A stretch of 63,019 nucleotides of DNA, counting the filler, from Guillardia theta CCMP2712 (taxonomy: Eukaryota > Protista > Cryptophyta), in the NCBI RefSeq assembly GCF_000315625.1. It is 4 parts of 4 records of this genome, joined end to end, with 100 filler letters (N's around TTAATTAATTAA, not from the genome) between each part and the next. Parts side by side here need not be neighbours in the genome. Positions count along the whole stretch, not along the records: positions 1 to 29,542 come from NW_005434412.1; positions 29,643 to 40,650 come from NW_005434617.1; positions 40,751 to 50,634 come from NW_005434275.1; 1 more part is not named here. One strand, written 5' to 3'. Positions 23,523-41,148 of the stretch are shown here, one piece after another; position 1 is the first letter of the stretch; each line of letters begins with the position of its first letter. The position numbers and the translations under genes are program-made. The notes under the pieces were generated by a model that saw nothing but the letters and a program-made list of their open reading frames with translations, was not told where the DNA came from and searched no databases.

Positions 23523-26500
23523 CTAGGGCATCGGAGGGTTGCCAGCGTCTGCCGAGCCCATGAGCCACCTGTTCCCGAGCGTGTCGGGCCCGGAGTACTC
23601 AAGGATTAACGTATCCCCCCCACCGTTGAACCACCACCGGACCTGCAGCTTCTGCTCCCCTGCCGCCAGGTACACCGAGGAGCATTTCTCTCTTGCCGTC
23701 CATCCCCCCGTGCTACTGATCTCTAGCTTGTCGTTGACGTACAAGAAGCCGTTGTAGTCGTTGGTCAGGCACAGGTTGTAGTTACCCGCCTGCTTGATCG
23801 TGTGCTTCCCGTAGAAGCGGAAAACGGCGTTGGTGCTGCTGTAGCTGGAGAAGAAGTGCTTCAGGTCCTCGTCCTTCTTGAAGTCCAGAGCAGGCGCATG
23901 CCCCTCCCCGAGGTAGGTCAGCTTGTCGTTCTTCATGCTGTCTTCGTCGCTGTGGCAATACCAGTCAGCAGCGTCAATTGAAGGGAAGAGAGAAGAATAA
24001 GAGATGGGAGGGCAGGGGAGAAGGACGAGAAGAGGGTTAAGAGAGCGACAAGGAAAGAGCGGGAGGGGGGTCACCTGAGCATCGTGGAGCGGCACTGCCA
24101 CTCCCTGATGAGCCATACAGACTGAGTCGAGTCCTCAGGAGTAACCGGGCTGTCACTGCGAAGCCTCATCTTCAGCATGCCGGTGTCAGGACCGCTGAAG
24201 GTGACGAGGATGGAGACAGTGCTGCTGTCTGTTACCAGCACCACCTTCACGTTGTGAGCTCCCGCCCCAAGCCTGACGATGCCACAGCTCTCTTGCTTGC
24301 CGGCGTGATCACCCAGGGTCACGGCATCTTTGTCGTCGATGTACAGGTAGACGATGTTGTGGGACTCGAGGCAGAAGTTGTAGTCGCCTTCTCTGACAAC
24401 CTGGAGGTTGCCGTAAAAGTAGACAGCCATCTTGTCGGAAGGGATTTTGGTGTTTGAGGGCAGTGCGTTCTTGATCTCGGTCTGAGAGTTGAAATCGATG
24501 GCCTTCACCACGGCGCTGCCGACCATGTTCATCACCTTCTTGCGCGGCTCGCCGTTGATGTCGACGTTCTGCGTGTACACCTGCATCGTCCACTGCGACA
24601 TCGTCGGGGGTGCGGGGGCCGCGGGGTTGGAGGAAGGGATCGCGAGCTTTTCATCCCCAGTGTCCACACCGTAATATTGGGCCTTGAACGTCACCGAATA
24701 ACTGTTGGAGTGGAAGTAGACCACCTTGACCTGATGGCTGCCCTTGGTGAGCTTGACCAGAGAACACTTCTCCTGCTCGTTGTGATCACCGTCGTTGTTG
24801 ACAACCGTCTTGCCATCGATGTAGAGGTACGAGCCCTGAGCTGATGTGGTGCAAAAACCATACTCGCCCTCATTCTCGATGTTCACTTCCCCAAAGCATT
24901 GCAGGAGGAAGTTGTTGTTGGGTAAGCCGGGCATCCTCGATTTCATGGCATCAAAGTTGGCGAAGTTGATGAAGGGGACTACATACTGACCGACGGAAGA
25001 TAGCATGGAAGGAGATTCCAAATGAACCAATTTGCTGTCAGAGGAGTACGCCCGGACAGTCCACTTGGAGGGCGGGACAGTGATGACCTGGACAGAGTCC
25101 ATCTTGTTGGACCAGCTGTACTTGCTGAGCTTTGGGATCTCATTAGGACCGTAGAAGTAGATGGAAGAGCCCTTGTAGTCTTCATTAGAGAACATCTTCA
25201 CGGCCAGTCCTTCGGGGATGCTAAGGGAGTCAACAGTGCCCTTCTTCAGGTTGCATGGCTTAACTTCACACAGGGCCTTGTCGTTGTCGCAAAGGTCTTC
25301 GTTCAACTTGGGGTATTCTCCTGCGATCAGCATTGCCTTGTCTCCAGTGAAGTCATTGCCAGAGTAGAACACCGCCATGTTTCCGACTGACGGGCATGCA
25401 GGAGGGATCTGACCCTCCTCTCTCATATCCTGAACCGTCGAGGGCGGAGGAATCACAACCTTGACAGGCGCGTGGTCGGGCATAAACTTCTTGCAGAGAA
25501 AAGGAAAGTTGTCCGTACACTTTTCGTCTCGAATGTACAAGTTCGAACTGTAATACTTGGTCTGAGCCGCACAGAACTTGTCCGTTGACGCTGAGCTGGA
25601 AGGATGTCCTGGCTTCCATCGTTGCAGAGCATAGTTGGGCTTTTCGCCGTCCAGGAACAACCAGGATCCTCTTACTTTTCTCATATTAATCCAAAATGGT
25701 TCGTCATCGCCCATGATCGTCTACACGCAGCCATCAGCACAAGAGACATCAACATGATCTGTTCAACGGCGCAACAAACTCACCCTGCCAAGGTCGAGCT
25801 CCGACCTGTCCTCATAGCTGAACAACTCTCCTCCCCACAGCTTGCAAGTCTCTTGCGCCTCCTGGAATGACCTCGCCGAGTACTTGTTCGAGTAGCAAGC
25901 TTTGCCGTCGGTGGCAAAGGGGAGATATGAACCCGTAGGACACTGGCGGGTAGCAGCCTGCAAACGAGTCATGGAAGAGGCAAGAAAAGTCTTGACCCAC
26001 CGAGCGAACAGGCTCGCCATCACAACAGACACCCAATTCTCCGCTGTTGCTGCAGGAGTCCTTATTCCACTTGGCATAGCACGTGGTGATCGATTGCTGC
26101 ACAGCTCTCACACAACCATCCCCACCACAGACTCAAGGATTAACCTCGTCACCGTTACAAGCTACGTTAGTCATCCAGATCTTGTCAACGCTGCCACTTC
26201 GACGCTGGTATGACTCCATCTTGTTGAAGCCGAGCTCCTTGCACACCTTTTCTTCGGTTAGTATGGATCGACACAACATGCACACCATACAATGCTCGCA
26301 GTCGTTTGAGACATTCCGTCAGCACAGATGCTGCCCCACTGGTCCATGTGCTTCACTTGCACCAGACATGATCCTCCAGTGCACTGCCGCCAGCCATGAG
26401 CTTGTGACATCCGCAACATGGGCCGTTCACCTCAGTCAGGCGGAGGTAGCTGGTGGGGACGCCGGATGGGCAGCGATTGCGACCGGGGAGTCCACGAGGT

Positions 26501-27524
26501 CCCTCGGGGCCTTCAATCCCGTCGGGCCCTCGCTGTCACTCAGTCAGAACATTCCGAGTGATCGATCGAGATGAGTCTACCGGCCCTTCCGGCCCGGGAA
26601 ATCCCTTGGGCCCCATGCCTCCTTCTGGCCCCACAGGCCCTTCAGGCCCTGCAAGTCTCTCAGTGAGCTCGCCTCGCCCTCGTCCTCCTCAGCTTTCACC
26701 TTGCGGTCCGCGAGGCCCCGGCGCTCCTTTGAGGGAGGCACTCAACCTATCGAGAAGTCAGAAACAAACCCAGAGGCAGGCAAGCAGGTGGAGGAGGCAG
26801 GGAGGGCAGGTAGCGGAGGCCGGCAGGGTCGCAAGCCTACCGTTGCTGGATAGTTACAGTTCGCTTCAAGTTCTGAAGGTGCCTGACCTGCAAGGTTCGT
26901 GTCATTCAAGTCTGTGACCAACAGCGAGAAAAGGCCTCACCGTGCCTTCCAGCCGGGCCACCCGGTTCCGGAGGGCAATCCACTTGGACCAAACCTCCTG
27001 CTCTTCCTTGGTATGGCAGCAGCTGCATACCAGATGAGTAGGAGAGAACTCGAGGCCCAGCTCGTTTACCCGATGGGCTTGTCGTCGAAGTAATCCTCAC
27101 CGTTGAACGCGGGGATCTGGTTGCTCGTCATTCACACACGCGAGCGGATCTCAATGAGGTACCTCTGGGCAATCGCTACCGTCAGAGCCGCAGAGTTTGT
27201 CTTGCGCTGGTTCGTCATCGTCCGAATTCCATCCAGGTCCTGCGATCCAACGGTGAGCCTGGAGTCAAGACGCAAGGCTCCTGCCTGTCGGCCATTCGTT
27301 GGGATCCTCGTAGACATTGTTGGTGTCAGGATTCCATACGCGCTGGAAAGGAGCTACTTCCGAATGCGGAGCAGTGTACAGGACGCTCTTTTCAGCACTC
27401 TAGTTGACCAGAAGATGTCAGGAGGGAGCAACGAGGCGACAGATCAGACCTCGTTGAGGATCAATGCAGCAACCACGATCACAGCGAGCAAAGAACCGAC
27501 CACGGCACTCTTCTTCGCAGTCAT
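23523..27524 (-). CDS. Mosaic surface protein: N-terminal TM/signal anchor, coiled coil, collagen (Gly-X-Y)17, SRCR, C-type lectin, beta/gamma-crystallin, 3x PA14 (start approximate)
   Basis: TM SAVVGSLLAVIVVAALIL; collagen [51 protein letters not shown] (~26727-26477); SRCR VQVKHMDQWGSICADG...VCKELGF...IWMTNVACNGDEQSITTC...GVCC; CTLD CY...SFQEAQETCKLWGGELFS...FWINM...WKPGHP...FLCK; crystallin SLSIPEGLAVKMFSNEDYKG...WSNKMDSVQV; PA14 GEYGFCTTSAQGSYLYIDGKTVVNNDGDH. Confidence 0.82.
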
Positions 27525-28906
27525 GGTTGTTTCTCTGGCTGTCAGCGACCCGCCCATGATCAACCAAGCGCGTGGCGGCTCCTGGGCTTTGCTGGCCTGC
27601 GGAGCCACAACAATCAAACCATGTTCTCTGTGTGCTTGAAGTTGGAGCCATCGAGTGAGAGAAATCGATGGGCACCCTCTTTCGACTGTATCCTTCCATC
27701 CCATCGCATTCAGTCATTCAGATCTACAAATGTCTACTTGCTCTCTCTGTCTTTGTCACGATTCTCAACGCTTTCATTCTATCTGAACCATCAGCTGCAT
27801 AATTTCTTAGTTCATCTCCATAACATCCAAAATCTCCATCGTCTATTTATAACATTCTTAGTGCTCTCCTGACCTTTCTGTAATCTCCTCGCACTCCACT
27901 GTTCCCCTAACAAGGTTCACCTTGTTTCTTCACTTCCTCCTCCTCTCTATTTCTTACAAATTCTCGTCCTCCTCCTCGTCCTCCTCCTCCTCCTCCTCCT
28001 CCTCCTCCTCCTCCTCCTCCTCCTCCTCCTCCTCCTCCTCCTCCTCCTCCTCCTCCTCCTCCTCCTCCTCCTCCTCCTCCTCCTCCTCCTCCTCCCATCC
28101 TCTATCTCTTCATTTTGCGAACGAAGAGCCACCAGTACCCCCACCCCATCGTATCCCCAAGTTTTCCACTACCGGCTTCACCAACACCCTACTTGCTCTT
28201 ACTACCCTATGTATACCCCTCTAGACCCCACTTTATCATAATAAAGTACCCCACGACTCGACCTATGTACCCCACCCCCATAAGAATGAAGGCAGAACCC
28301 CTCCTGTAATATGTAAATTACAGGGTGGGGTACAATGTGATAAAACCGTGAATCGGGTGACATGGCAGCGTTGCAGGAATGAACAGCAGGAGCAGGAGCA
28401 GGAGCAGGAGTAAGAGCAGGGGGGAGAGAGGAAGGAGGAGGAGGAGGAGGAGGAGGATCAGTATGAGTGGTACGAGAAGATGATGCAGAAAGGGAACACA
28501 ACATGAGATGTGTGGAATAAGATGCAACAGAGGTAGTCGCTGGAGCACGGGGATCAAGAGCAGTGAAAGTAGATGAGAAAAGCAGCAACAGGAGCAAACG
28601 ACTTGAGGAAAACCAGTAGCGGAGCGAGGGATTGAGGCAAAGCGATCAACAAGCAGAGTGAGAAGCAGGAGACGAGAAAGAGGATAACAAGGAGGCTTTG
28701 TTGAAGTCTTCAGTCGCAGTGTCAAAAACTTTGCTGATGGATTGTCAATCCTTCAGGCTGGTCGCGTGTACTTATACGGCATCTCACCCCTGTTGCTCGG
28801 CTCATTCCTCTCTCCTCCCGGAACGTCTTGCCGTGTCAGTGAGTGAGGAGATTTGCAAGAGAAGGCAGGCATGACCCCCTAGCGCTCGAGGATTGAGGGC
28901 GACAAG

Positions 28907-29524
28907 ATGGATATGGCGAGCATGCAGGAAAGGATGTGGGCGTGGGCGCAGCAGTCGGGACTGACCTCGTTGGTCCGTATGGGGATGGTGACACGAGCAC
29001 GAGCGGAAGAGGAGAGCAGCAGCGCGTGGCAGAGCGAGGGGTTCTCAGCGCGGATCGACATGGTTCAGAAGCACCTCAACCTTCCCATCCGCCCTGTCCT
29101 CCTCTGCCGCTCGGACCTGATGGAGGGGCCCAAGGCGGTACTGAGAGACGCCTACAGACAAGAGTCGCTCTTCCAGTGGCTCCGCGGGCACGCGAGGAGC
29201 GAGGAGGGAGAGGGAAAGAAGACGCAGGAACTGCTTGAGTGGCTCATAGACTGGAGGGTCAACAACTGCTGGAGGTACAGCCACTGCCTCGCCATTCCCC
29301 ACCGCTCCTCCTCCTCCTCCTCCTCCTCCTCCTCCTCAGACCCAACGGCTCTCTATCGGGGATGCGCCATCGTGACCTACCCTGGGTCGAAGCAGGACAT
29401 CGACAAGCTGATCCTCTTGCTCAACACGGGCTGTTCTCCGCCTCCCTCCCTCGGCAGCCAGTGCAAGAAACGTTTCGCTGCACTAGAGCACATGTGGGCA
29501 GCGAGGGATCGCCTGGCCGGGTGA
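28907..29524 (+). CDS. Hypothetical protein, probably truncated by an assembly gap
   Basis: 205-codon ORF with coding-like composition, ending at a GTGAG donor next to an N-gap. Confidence 0.4.
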   Translation: MDMASMQERMWAWAQQSGLTSLVRMGMVTRARAEEESSSAWQSEGFSARIDMVQKHLNLPIRPVLLCRSDLMEGPKAVLRDAYRQESLFQWLRGHARSEEGEGKKTQELLEWLIDWRVNNCWRYSHCLAIPHRSSSSSSSSSSSDPTALYRGCAIVTYPGSKQDIDKLILLLNTGCSPPPSLGSQCKKRFAALEHMWAARDRLAG

Positions 29525-29883
29525 GACCTCCTCCTCCTCCTCNNNNNNNNNNNNNNNNNNNNNNNNNNNNNNNNNNNNNNNNNNNNTTAATTAATTAANN
29601 NNNNNNNNNNNNNNNNNNNNNNNNNNNNNNNNNNNNNNNNNNGAAAAGGAGGAGGTGATGGAGGAGGAGGAGGAGGAGGAGAAGGAGGAGGAGGGGGAGG
29701 GGAGGGGAGGAGAAGGAGGAGGTGATGGAGGAGGAGGAGGTGATGGAGGTGGAGGGAATTGTTACACAGCCGGATGTGAGAAAACAAGAAAAATAAGGAA
29801 GAGGAGAGGAGAGAGTAGGGGAGGTAACGAGAGCAGTGCAGAGGGCGGCGGAGGGGAAAACAGTGGAGGGGAGCGGAGGGCAT

Positions 29884-31545
29884 TCACCTCAATCTGCTCG
29901 AAGTGAATTAGGTGTTGCTCCTTGAAGGAAGACAATCTCTTCTTCTCCCTGCAGAGGTCCATCACATTCACTTGATACATCCATCTTCCGCCTCTCCCTT
30001 CCCTCCCCTTCCCTCTCCGACCTCGCTCCCTCCCCCCTTCTCGTCTCCTCTCACCTCCTCCTCCATCTTCTCCCCTCCCCCTCCCTCCCCTGCCCTCCCT
30101 CTTCTCACCGGTTCACATATCGGAACTCTGTCAGCACGTTTCTGATCTTGGGGTGAACCTTGACCCTCACGTTGGCTCGTCCGGCTCCCGCCGCCTCCAC
30201 GTTGAGCTTGTACTGACGGTACACCGTCTGCACCACAACCGCCGCTTTGTTCCGCACCTCCCGCCCGTTCTCGTTCATCTCGATGAACTGCATGACTTTT
30301 GCCTCCGGCGCGTTCAGCGCCACCCGCTGTACCACCCCCTGGATAATGAGCGAGATGAACACGACGCCCGCACAGCCGTTGATCACTGCCACTCCCCTCC
30401 CCAGCCTCGTGTGCGGCACCAGGTCCCCGTACCCGACCGTCGTCATGGTGATGATGGTCTGGTAGAGGCAGGGCCCGAACTCCGACAGCTGGTCAGCGTG
30501 CGGGTACGGCCGCTCGCAGAGCAGCATGATGTAGGAGGTAGAGACGGTCATGACGGAGATAAGTACCATGAGCGTTCCGAAGTTGGCGACGAAGAGGGAG
30601 CGGATGACGAACCAGGTGTCGATCTCGACGTTGTTGAGCCTGGCGACGACCACTGCCATCTCCCTCGACATGAGGAAGATCTCGGCTATGAGACGCGGGA
30701 GGAACACGATCCTGATGAACATCAGTGCCATCGAGATGTTGTCCGACGTGTAGACGATCGGGGCCTCGTCCCGAAAGATGTCCTGGATCTCGATGCTGAA
30801 GTGGACGAAGGGGAAGGGCTGGGGCAGGAGGATCAGCGCATCTAGAAGAAACTGCAGCAGGTTCCTCGACTCCCACAGCGACATGATCCCGAAACCGTAG
30901 CTGAGCTCAACACCCTCGCAGCGCTTGATCTGGATCAGAGCATCGTAGTAGAGATACAGGTAGATGTACGCCACCACCGTCGTGGCGAACACCAGCACCT
31001 TGAGTAAGGTAGTGAAGCCGGTCTCCATAGTCTCGAACCCGACGGCAGAATACCACAGCGTCTCGTTCACGATCACAGCGAGCAAGACACCTGTAAAACG
31101 GTCAGGACCAGCCCTCATCCCTCCCACCCTCCCTCCTCATCTACCTCCTCCCTCTTACCGATCAAGGCAGCCGCCGCCAGGATCACAAAGTTCATTGACT
31201 TCTGCTTGCGCCAGTAGTTCACGTTGTTCTTTTGACTCCCGGCGCCGAACCATCCCATCGATGAATCCCACAGGTCGTCTGAACAGCCTCGTCAAACAGA
31301 CCAATTCCACCTCTCCTGTCCTGGCCTGTCCTCCTCTCCTTCTCCTCTCCTCCTCCTCTCCTCTCCTCTCCTCTCCTCTCCTCTCCTCTCCTCTCCTCTC
31401 CTCTCCTCCCTCCTCTCCTCTCCTCTCCTCTCCTCTCCTCTCCTCTCCTCTCCTCTCCTCTCAATTCACTTCTCCTCTCTTTTCTCTCACCTTTGCTGCT
31501 CTTCGTCTTCGACCCCAGCAGCGGAGTCGTCTCCTTCGTAGCCAT
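29884..31545 (-). CDS. Small-conductance Ca2+-activated K+ channel (SK/KCNN)-like, 3' end uncertain
   Basis: Six hydrophobic segments, pore TMTTVGYGDLVPHTRLGRGVAV, post-S6 LNAPEAKVMQFIEMNENGREVRNKAAVVVQTVYR resembling the SK calmodulin-binding helix. Confidence 0.8.
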
Positions 31546-31969
31546 CGGGGCCCTGAAAGCGAGTTCAGACTCCCCTTCCTCCTCCTCTTTTTTGTCCTCG
31601 TCTTCTACTCTCTCCGTTCCACGTCCTCCCTTACGTTCCTCTCCTGCCTCTGAGTCAAATGTTGATTTCCATCAGGTTCTATGATCTCAGTTGCTCTGCA
31701 AGCTCTTCTGCTCTTACTCTTCATCATTCAAATAAGATATGGGCACCATCCCATCCCTCCACTCAGTCTCTATGCGCAAGTCTCAAGCGTGCTCGAAGCC
31801 GCTATCATATGGGTCTCAACGAATCCGCCTCATCTCGAAGACCATGCGCTTCTACAGCCTTGACGGAGAAATTATCTCCTCCTCTGACATCCTCCCGCTC
31901 CCCAATCTTTGGGTCTTCCCGCCCTCCCACTCGCCCTCCTTCCCCTCTATTTTCGCGCTCCCCTTCTTT

Positions 31970-32088
<119 letters not shown>

Positions 32089-32465
32089 CATTCTCCTCAT
32101 TCTCCTCCTGCCTCCCTTCTGCGTTTGCATGAGGCATCTCGATATGACGAAGGGTCAGAAAATGGGCAATGCGGGGATGAGGGTCAAGAGAATGAGGGTG
32201 ATGAATCTGTCGGGGGATGAGGGCTTAGTTTCCTACTCCATGGTGTTCAGGGTGGAGTTGCGCGAAGGCAGCAGTCAGTGAGTGAAGGGGGAGAGGAGAG
32301 CAGAGGAGAGGAGAGAAGAGCAGAGAGACAGGAGGAGAGAGGAGAGGACAGGAGAGGACAGGAGAGGACAGGAGAGGACAGGAGAGGAGAGGACAGGAGT
32401 AGCACATCGACCGCAGTGGCAGAAGCGCTGACGTTCTGGCTCATCTTATTCTCAACGTCAAGACC

Positions 32466-34372
32466 ATGGTGGTGGTACCCGAGGATTGTGTCGGCATGGT
32501 AGCACCGTGGTTGTCCTTGAAGGAAGCCATCCTGGCAGGCAGCACGAGCAAGTCATGGAACCGCGTCCTGCTGAGTGACGAGGCATGGGAGGATAGATAT
32601 GAGCTCTTCTGGGGCGACAAGATAACAGACGTTGGAGAGGGAGGGGGCATCGCTTGGGGGGGACGAGGAGGACAAGGTGGCTGCGATGAAGCTAAGAGCA
32701 AACAAGCGCCCAACTTTCGATCCGCATTCCGGGCGAGGTACGAGATTCTCAGAGGATTGCCTGCACTCCTACACAAATGGAGAGCTTGCGCACAGAAGGT
32801 GAGCCAGGTGAAACTCAAGGGACCGGATGACGAGATGTCGTTCCCCAGGTGGAAGGAACGACCCACCACCAGCGACAGCAGCAGCTCGTTGCTTCACAGG
32901 AGTGCACCCACGAGCTCATTCGCAGGTGCTGGGGGGAGCCCAAGGTCGACCCTGCTGCTGACATGCTTCTCCAGCGCTCGACTGTGCCGTCTTGTGCTCC
33001 GAGTGGTAGCAGGGTATTCGGCCGGCGACAAGGGAGCATGCGGCGTGCTGCAAGAGGAGGCCGTTCAGAGGATGCTCTCCGAGAAGCAGGCGGAGGAGCC
33101 TTCACATGGCAGGACCCTCAAGAAAGTTGTCTTGCTGGAGGGAGATGTCGTTGCTGCGTCCTCAGCCCGTGTGCAGGTGTCGCAACATGCCCTGTGGCTC
33201 TTGCATGATCAGCAGATCAACCAAGAGTGGAAGGACTTGATCGCGCGCGGTGAGCGAGGCATGCGGGTGGGAATCGACAGTCCAGCTGATGCCTGCCCGC
33301 AGGCAACATGGTAGTGACGTCGGGCCCCGAGTACTACGAGTGCATTGAGAGGGGGGCAATGATCATATCGAAGCTGGAGGACCCGGACTTGTCGGAGGCT
33401 GGTGATGAGGGAGGGGGAGGGGGTGGAGCGAGAGGGACTTAAGGAAGGACGCAGAGGTGCGAGAGGCTATCGACAAGATCGCTGAGCAAGTGCGAGCTCG
33501 GATCCCGGAGGGGGAGACGTCGACCGTCAATGTGCTCAAGTGGATGAACCGGGTGCTGTTCGACGAGCTCCTGTTCCGGGGGAACACCGACGACTACTAC
33601 TGCGTGCAGAACAGGTGCGAGCCCGCTCCTCCTACCCGCCTCCATCGTTCCCTGATCGCGTGTCACTGCCAGCCTGCTCTCAGAGGTCCTCCGGAGGAAG
33701 ACGGGCATTCCTATCAGCCTCTCTGTGCTCTACATGTGTGTTGCCTGGCGACTGGGCGTGCGGCTACAGGGTGTGGACATGCCGATGCACTTCGTCCTCA
33801 TGGCCAGGGACAGAGACGGCGCCGAGTGTCGCGACACGTTCATCGACGTCTTCGGAGGAGGCGTGCTGCTCTCCATGCGCGAGCTCGAGGTCGCCCGCAT
33901 CGCTGCTGGGAGGCAGCTGGACTGACGTGGCCGGGCAGATGAAGATGTTGATGATGGGGATAGAGATCCATGTGTCCGACGTCAACCAGGCCCGCCCCTC
34001 CTACTTCTTCGTGAGGATGCTCAGGAACCTGGTAACGGTCCTCAGGCCGCCTGAAGGAAGACTGTCCTCTGTGAGCAGGGTTGCCGTCTGCCGGCATGCC
34101 TGACTGCTGCGCCAGGGCATCGAGGACGAAAACCGAGCCCGCAAGTCCTCCCTCCTCGTCCTTTGCCTCGCTCAGCTCGTGACGATCCTCAAGGACAGTG
34201 CTGAGGGCAGCACTCAGGTAACCTCCAAGTCTCTTCAGCTCCCCCTGATGTTGGAGGCAGTTCTACGAGGAGCAGATCGATCTTTACAGGTGGACAGGGG
34301 CGACGAGGCTGTTGTGCCCGTAGGGCTCGCGCAATAGAGGTCCAGCTGCTGCTTTCCAGCACTGGGCCGCTA
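32466..34372 (+). CDS. F-box protein with SirB1/transglutaminase-like domain (FBXO21-like; 3' end approximate)
   Basis: N-terminal F-box-like VPEDCVGMVAPWLSLKEAILAGSTSKSWNRVLLSDEAW; MNRVLFDELLFRGNTDDYY, EVLRRKTGIPISLSVLY, GVDMPMHFVL, FIDVFGGG, RMLRNL. Confidence 0.8.
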
Positions 34373-34529
34373 ACAAGCAGGAGCGAAGCTCTCGTGTCAT
34401 TTAGAAGCTTTCATTCTCACGCTCACCAAGATCCCATACACCATCATGGAACTTGGACACAGCGGATGCAAATTTACCTACAGAGTAAACACACAAGTCA
34501 GAGATCAACAGCTGGTCGCACTGTGCCTT

Positions 34530-34814
34530 CACCTGTTGCGGGAGTAGAAGTAGTCCCACTGGTCGCGAGCGCGTCTCCAGTCGTCATAGGCAGCCCAGTT
34601 GTTAGCCTGGTAGTAGGTGTCCTCTGCCTTCTTGTAGTAGAACCTTGATCTCACCTCAGCACCCTCTACCCTCTCCTCCACACGTTCAAGGACCTGGCGG
34701 TCTTCTGGTAGTCGCCAGCCTGAGTGTAGAGGGCAGCCGCCTTTTTCTGCAATCCAACATCAGGCGAGGATAATCACAAGGGAGCCAGCCTTACCCCGTA
34801 AAGAGCCTCAAACA
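34530..34814 (-). CDS. Small multi-exon hypothetical protein
   Basis: Coding-like exons MFEALYG / KKAAALYTQAGDYQKTAR / FYYKKAEDTYYQANNWAAYDDWRRARDQWDYFYSRN bounded by GT-AG. Confidence 0.35.
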
Positions 34815-36047
34815 TCGCTGTACAAAACAGAAGAAAGTCAGTTGTTGATGTTGGCAATGAGATGTCCTTTGCGCTTTTCTCAGGTTCACTGTGCCTCTGA
34901 GCTCTCATTGTACACGAAATGAATTTCACGATATGAAACAGTATCATGGACACTTTGCAATCCCAACGCAAGCGCTTCTACACCAATCGCACACATCCCT
35001 CTTTCATTATCGCGCTGATAATTCCATCCCTTCTTTACTTCGTTTCGCCAACTGCAGCACACTAATTTTGCACAATCCCCATCGTTTGCGTCAATGAGGC
35101 TAAAAATTTCATGCCAAAAGAAGATAGCTCGCAAGATCGCTTTCAAGGGCTGCGCGCCATTCAAACTAGTTCAAAGTCACACCAAAGGCTAGTCAACCTT
35201 ACGAACAACCAGTCCTTCCTCGTGCCTACAACTATTCCCTCGCAGCATTCCTCTCCTTCAGCACTGTTGCAGGTATACCATCATACCACCGCCGTCTACT
35301 TCTTCTTCCATCGCCGCCTCTCAGCCTCTCTCGCCTCCCTCCGGCCCCGCCATTTCGCCTCCTGGCAGCGGCTCTTGGCGAAAGGGAAACAAGGGCCACA
35401 TCCCCTCCGTGACCCATATGTGGACCTCATCCCACCCACTGCCCAATGAGACACATAAGGGTTGAGGCAGGTTGGAATCATGGGATCGCGCGAAAATGGG
35501 CGAGGATAGGCGCCGATGGCGAGCAGCAGCGGGCGCGATGGGGGAGGGAGAGGGGATGATATGATTTGATACGTGTCTCTGCTTGCTCCTCGTCCATCCT
35601 TGTCCTCTGCTTCCCGGCTCCATCCGCCCTGATGCGATCCAAGTGCGTGGGAGGAGGGAACAGGATCCTACCCCTGTGCCAAGTCGCATCATCGGGAGAT
35701 CATCTTGACCAGTGCTCTCGTCCCCTCATCGTCTCTTATATCTGCTTGTCTTGCTCTCTGATGCTCTCTCGTCCTCCAGAACGAGTCGTAGGCCTCCGAA
35801 GTCTCCTTTGCGCTTCCCTCCGTGCTCCCCTCCTTCCCTCTCCTGTCCCACCCACCCACCTTTCTCTTTCGCTGGTTACCTCCCCCGTTTCCTTCCCGTG
35901 CTCCCATGTATTGCGTGAAGAGAGCGAAAGTGCTGTGTTGTAGGGTGGTGTGAAAGGAGCGATCAAGGAACAGAGTTCTTACTTGCGCTGACCTCTGGAT
36001 CAACAGGCCTCTCCTGAGCCCTTCGTCCCCGAGCAACGTCTTGCCTC

Positions 36048-40562
<4,515 letters not shown>

Positions 40563-40750
40563 GTATGAAGATGGTGGTGGTGGTGGTGGTGGTGGTGATG
40601 ATGATGATGATGATGATGCTCTCGTTGTTGTTGTTGTTGTTGTTGTTGTTNNNNNNNNNNNNNNNNNNNNNNNNNNNNNNNNNNNNNNNNNNNNTTAATT
40701 AATTAANNNNNNNNNNNNNNNNNNNNNNNNNNNNNNNNNNNNNNNNNNNN

Positions 40751-41148
40751 CTCATACCCCCTGGATTCTTCCCCTGGGAGAAATGTCCTATGGGTTTTGG
40801 ATCTGCGATATAAAAAGTCTTGTCTCGGTCACGTGATGTGTCACGTGACCGGTCAGGTGAGCCTGTCAGCCGGGTCACGGCCCCTGTCAGCCGGCTGACA
40901 TGTCACGGGCCTGCTGACACGGTCCGCTGACCGGTCACGGCCGCCCGGAGAGATCAGGCCCCCGGCCAATCTCCGGACACTTAGCCTCCTGGCGGGCCTC
41001 CAGGGGGTCTGAGGCGGGGCTGAAGGCTGCAGTCGGTCTACTGACGGGCCCGGCCGGCAGGATCCGTCGAGAAACAGGGGGGTCAAGGGAGGTTTTCTTC
41101 CCCCTGGGAGAAATGTCCTATGGGTTTTTGGATCTGCGATATAAAAAA
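40751..41148 (-). repeat. 332-bp satellite, inverted orientation (about 1.2 units)
   Basis: Reverse complement of the unit at 49165-49496. Confidence 0.93.

Noticed and set aside
29587-29598. TTAATTAATTAA between N-runs (also ~40695 and ~50679)
   Set aside because: Identical palindromic all-frame-stop spacer inside gaps; an assembly linker, not biological
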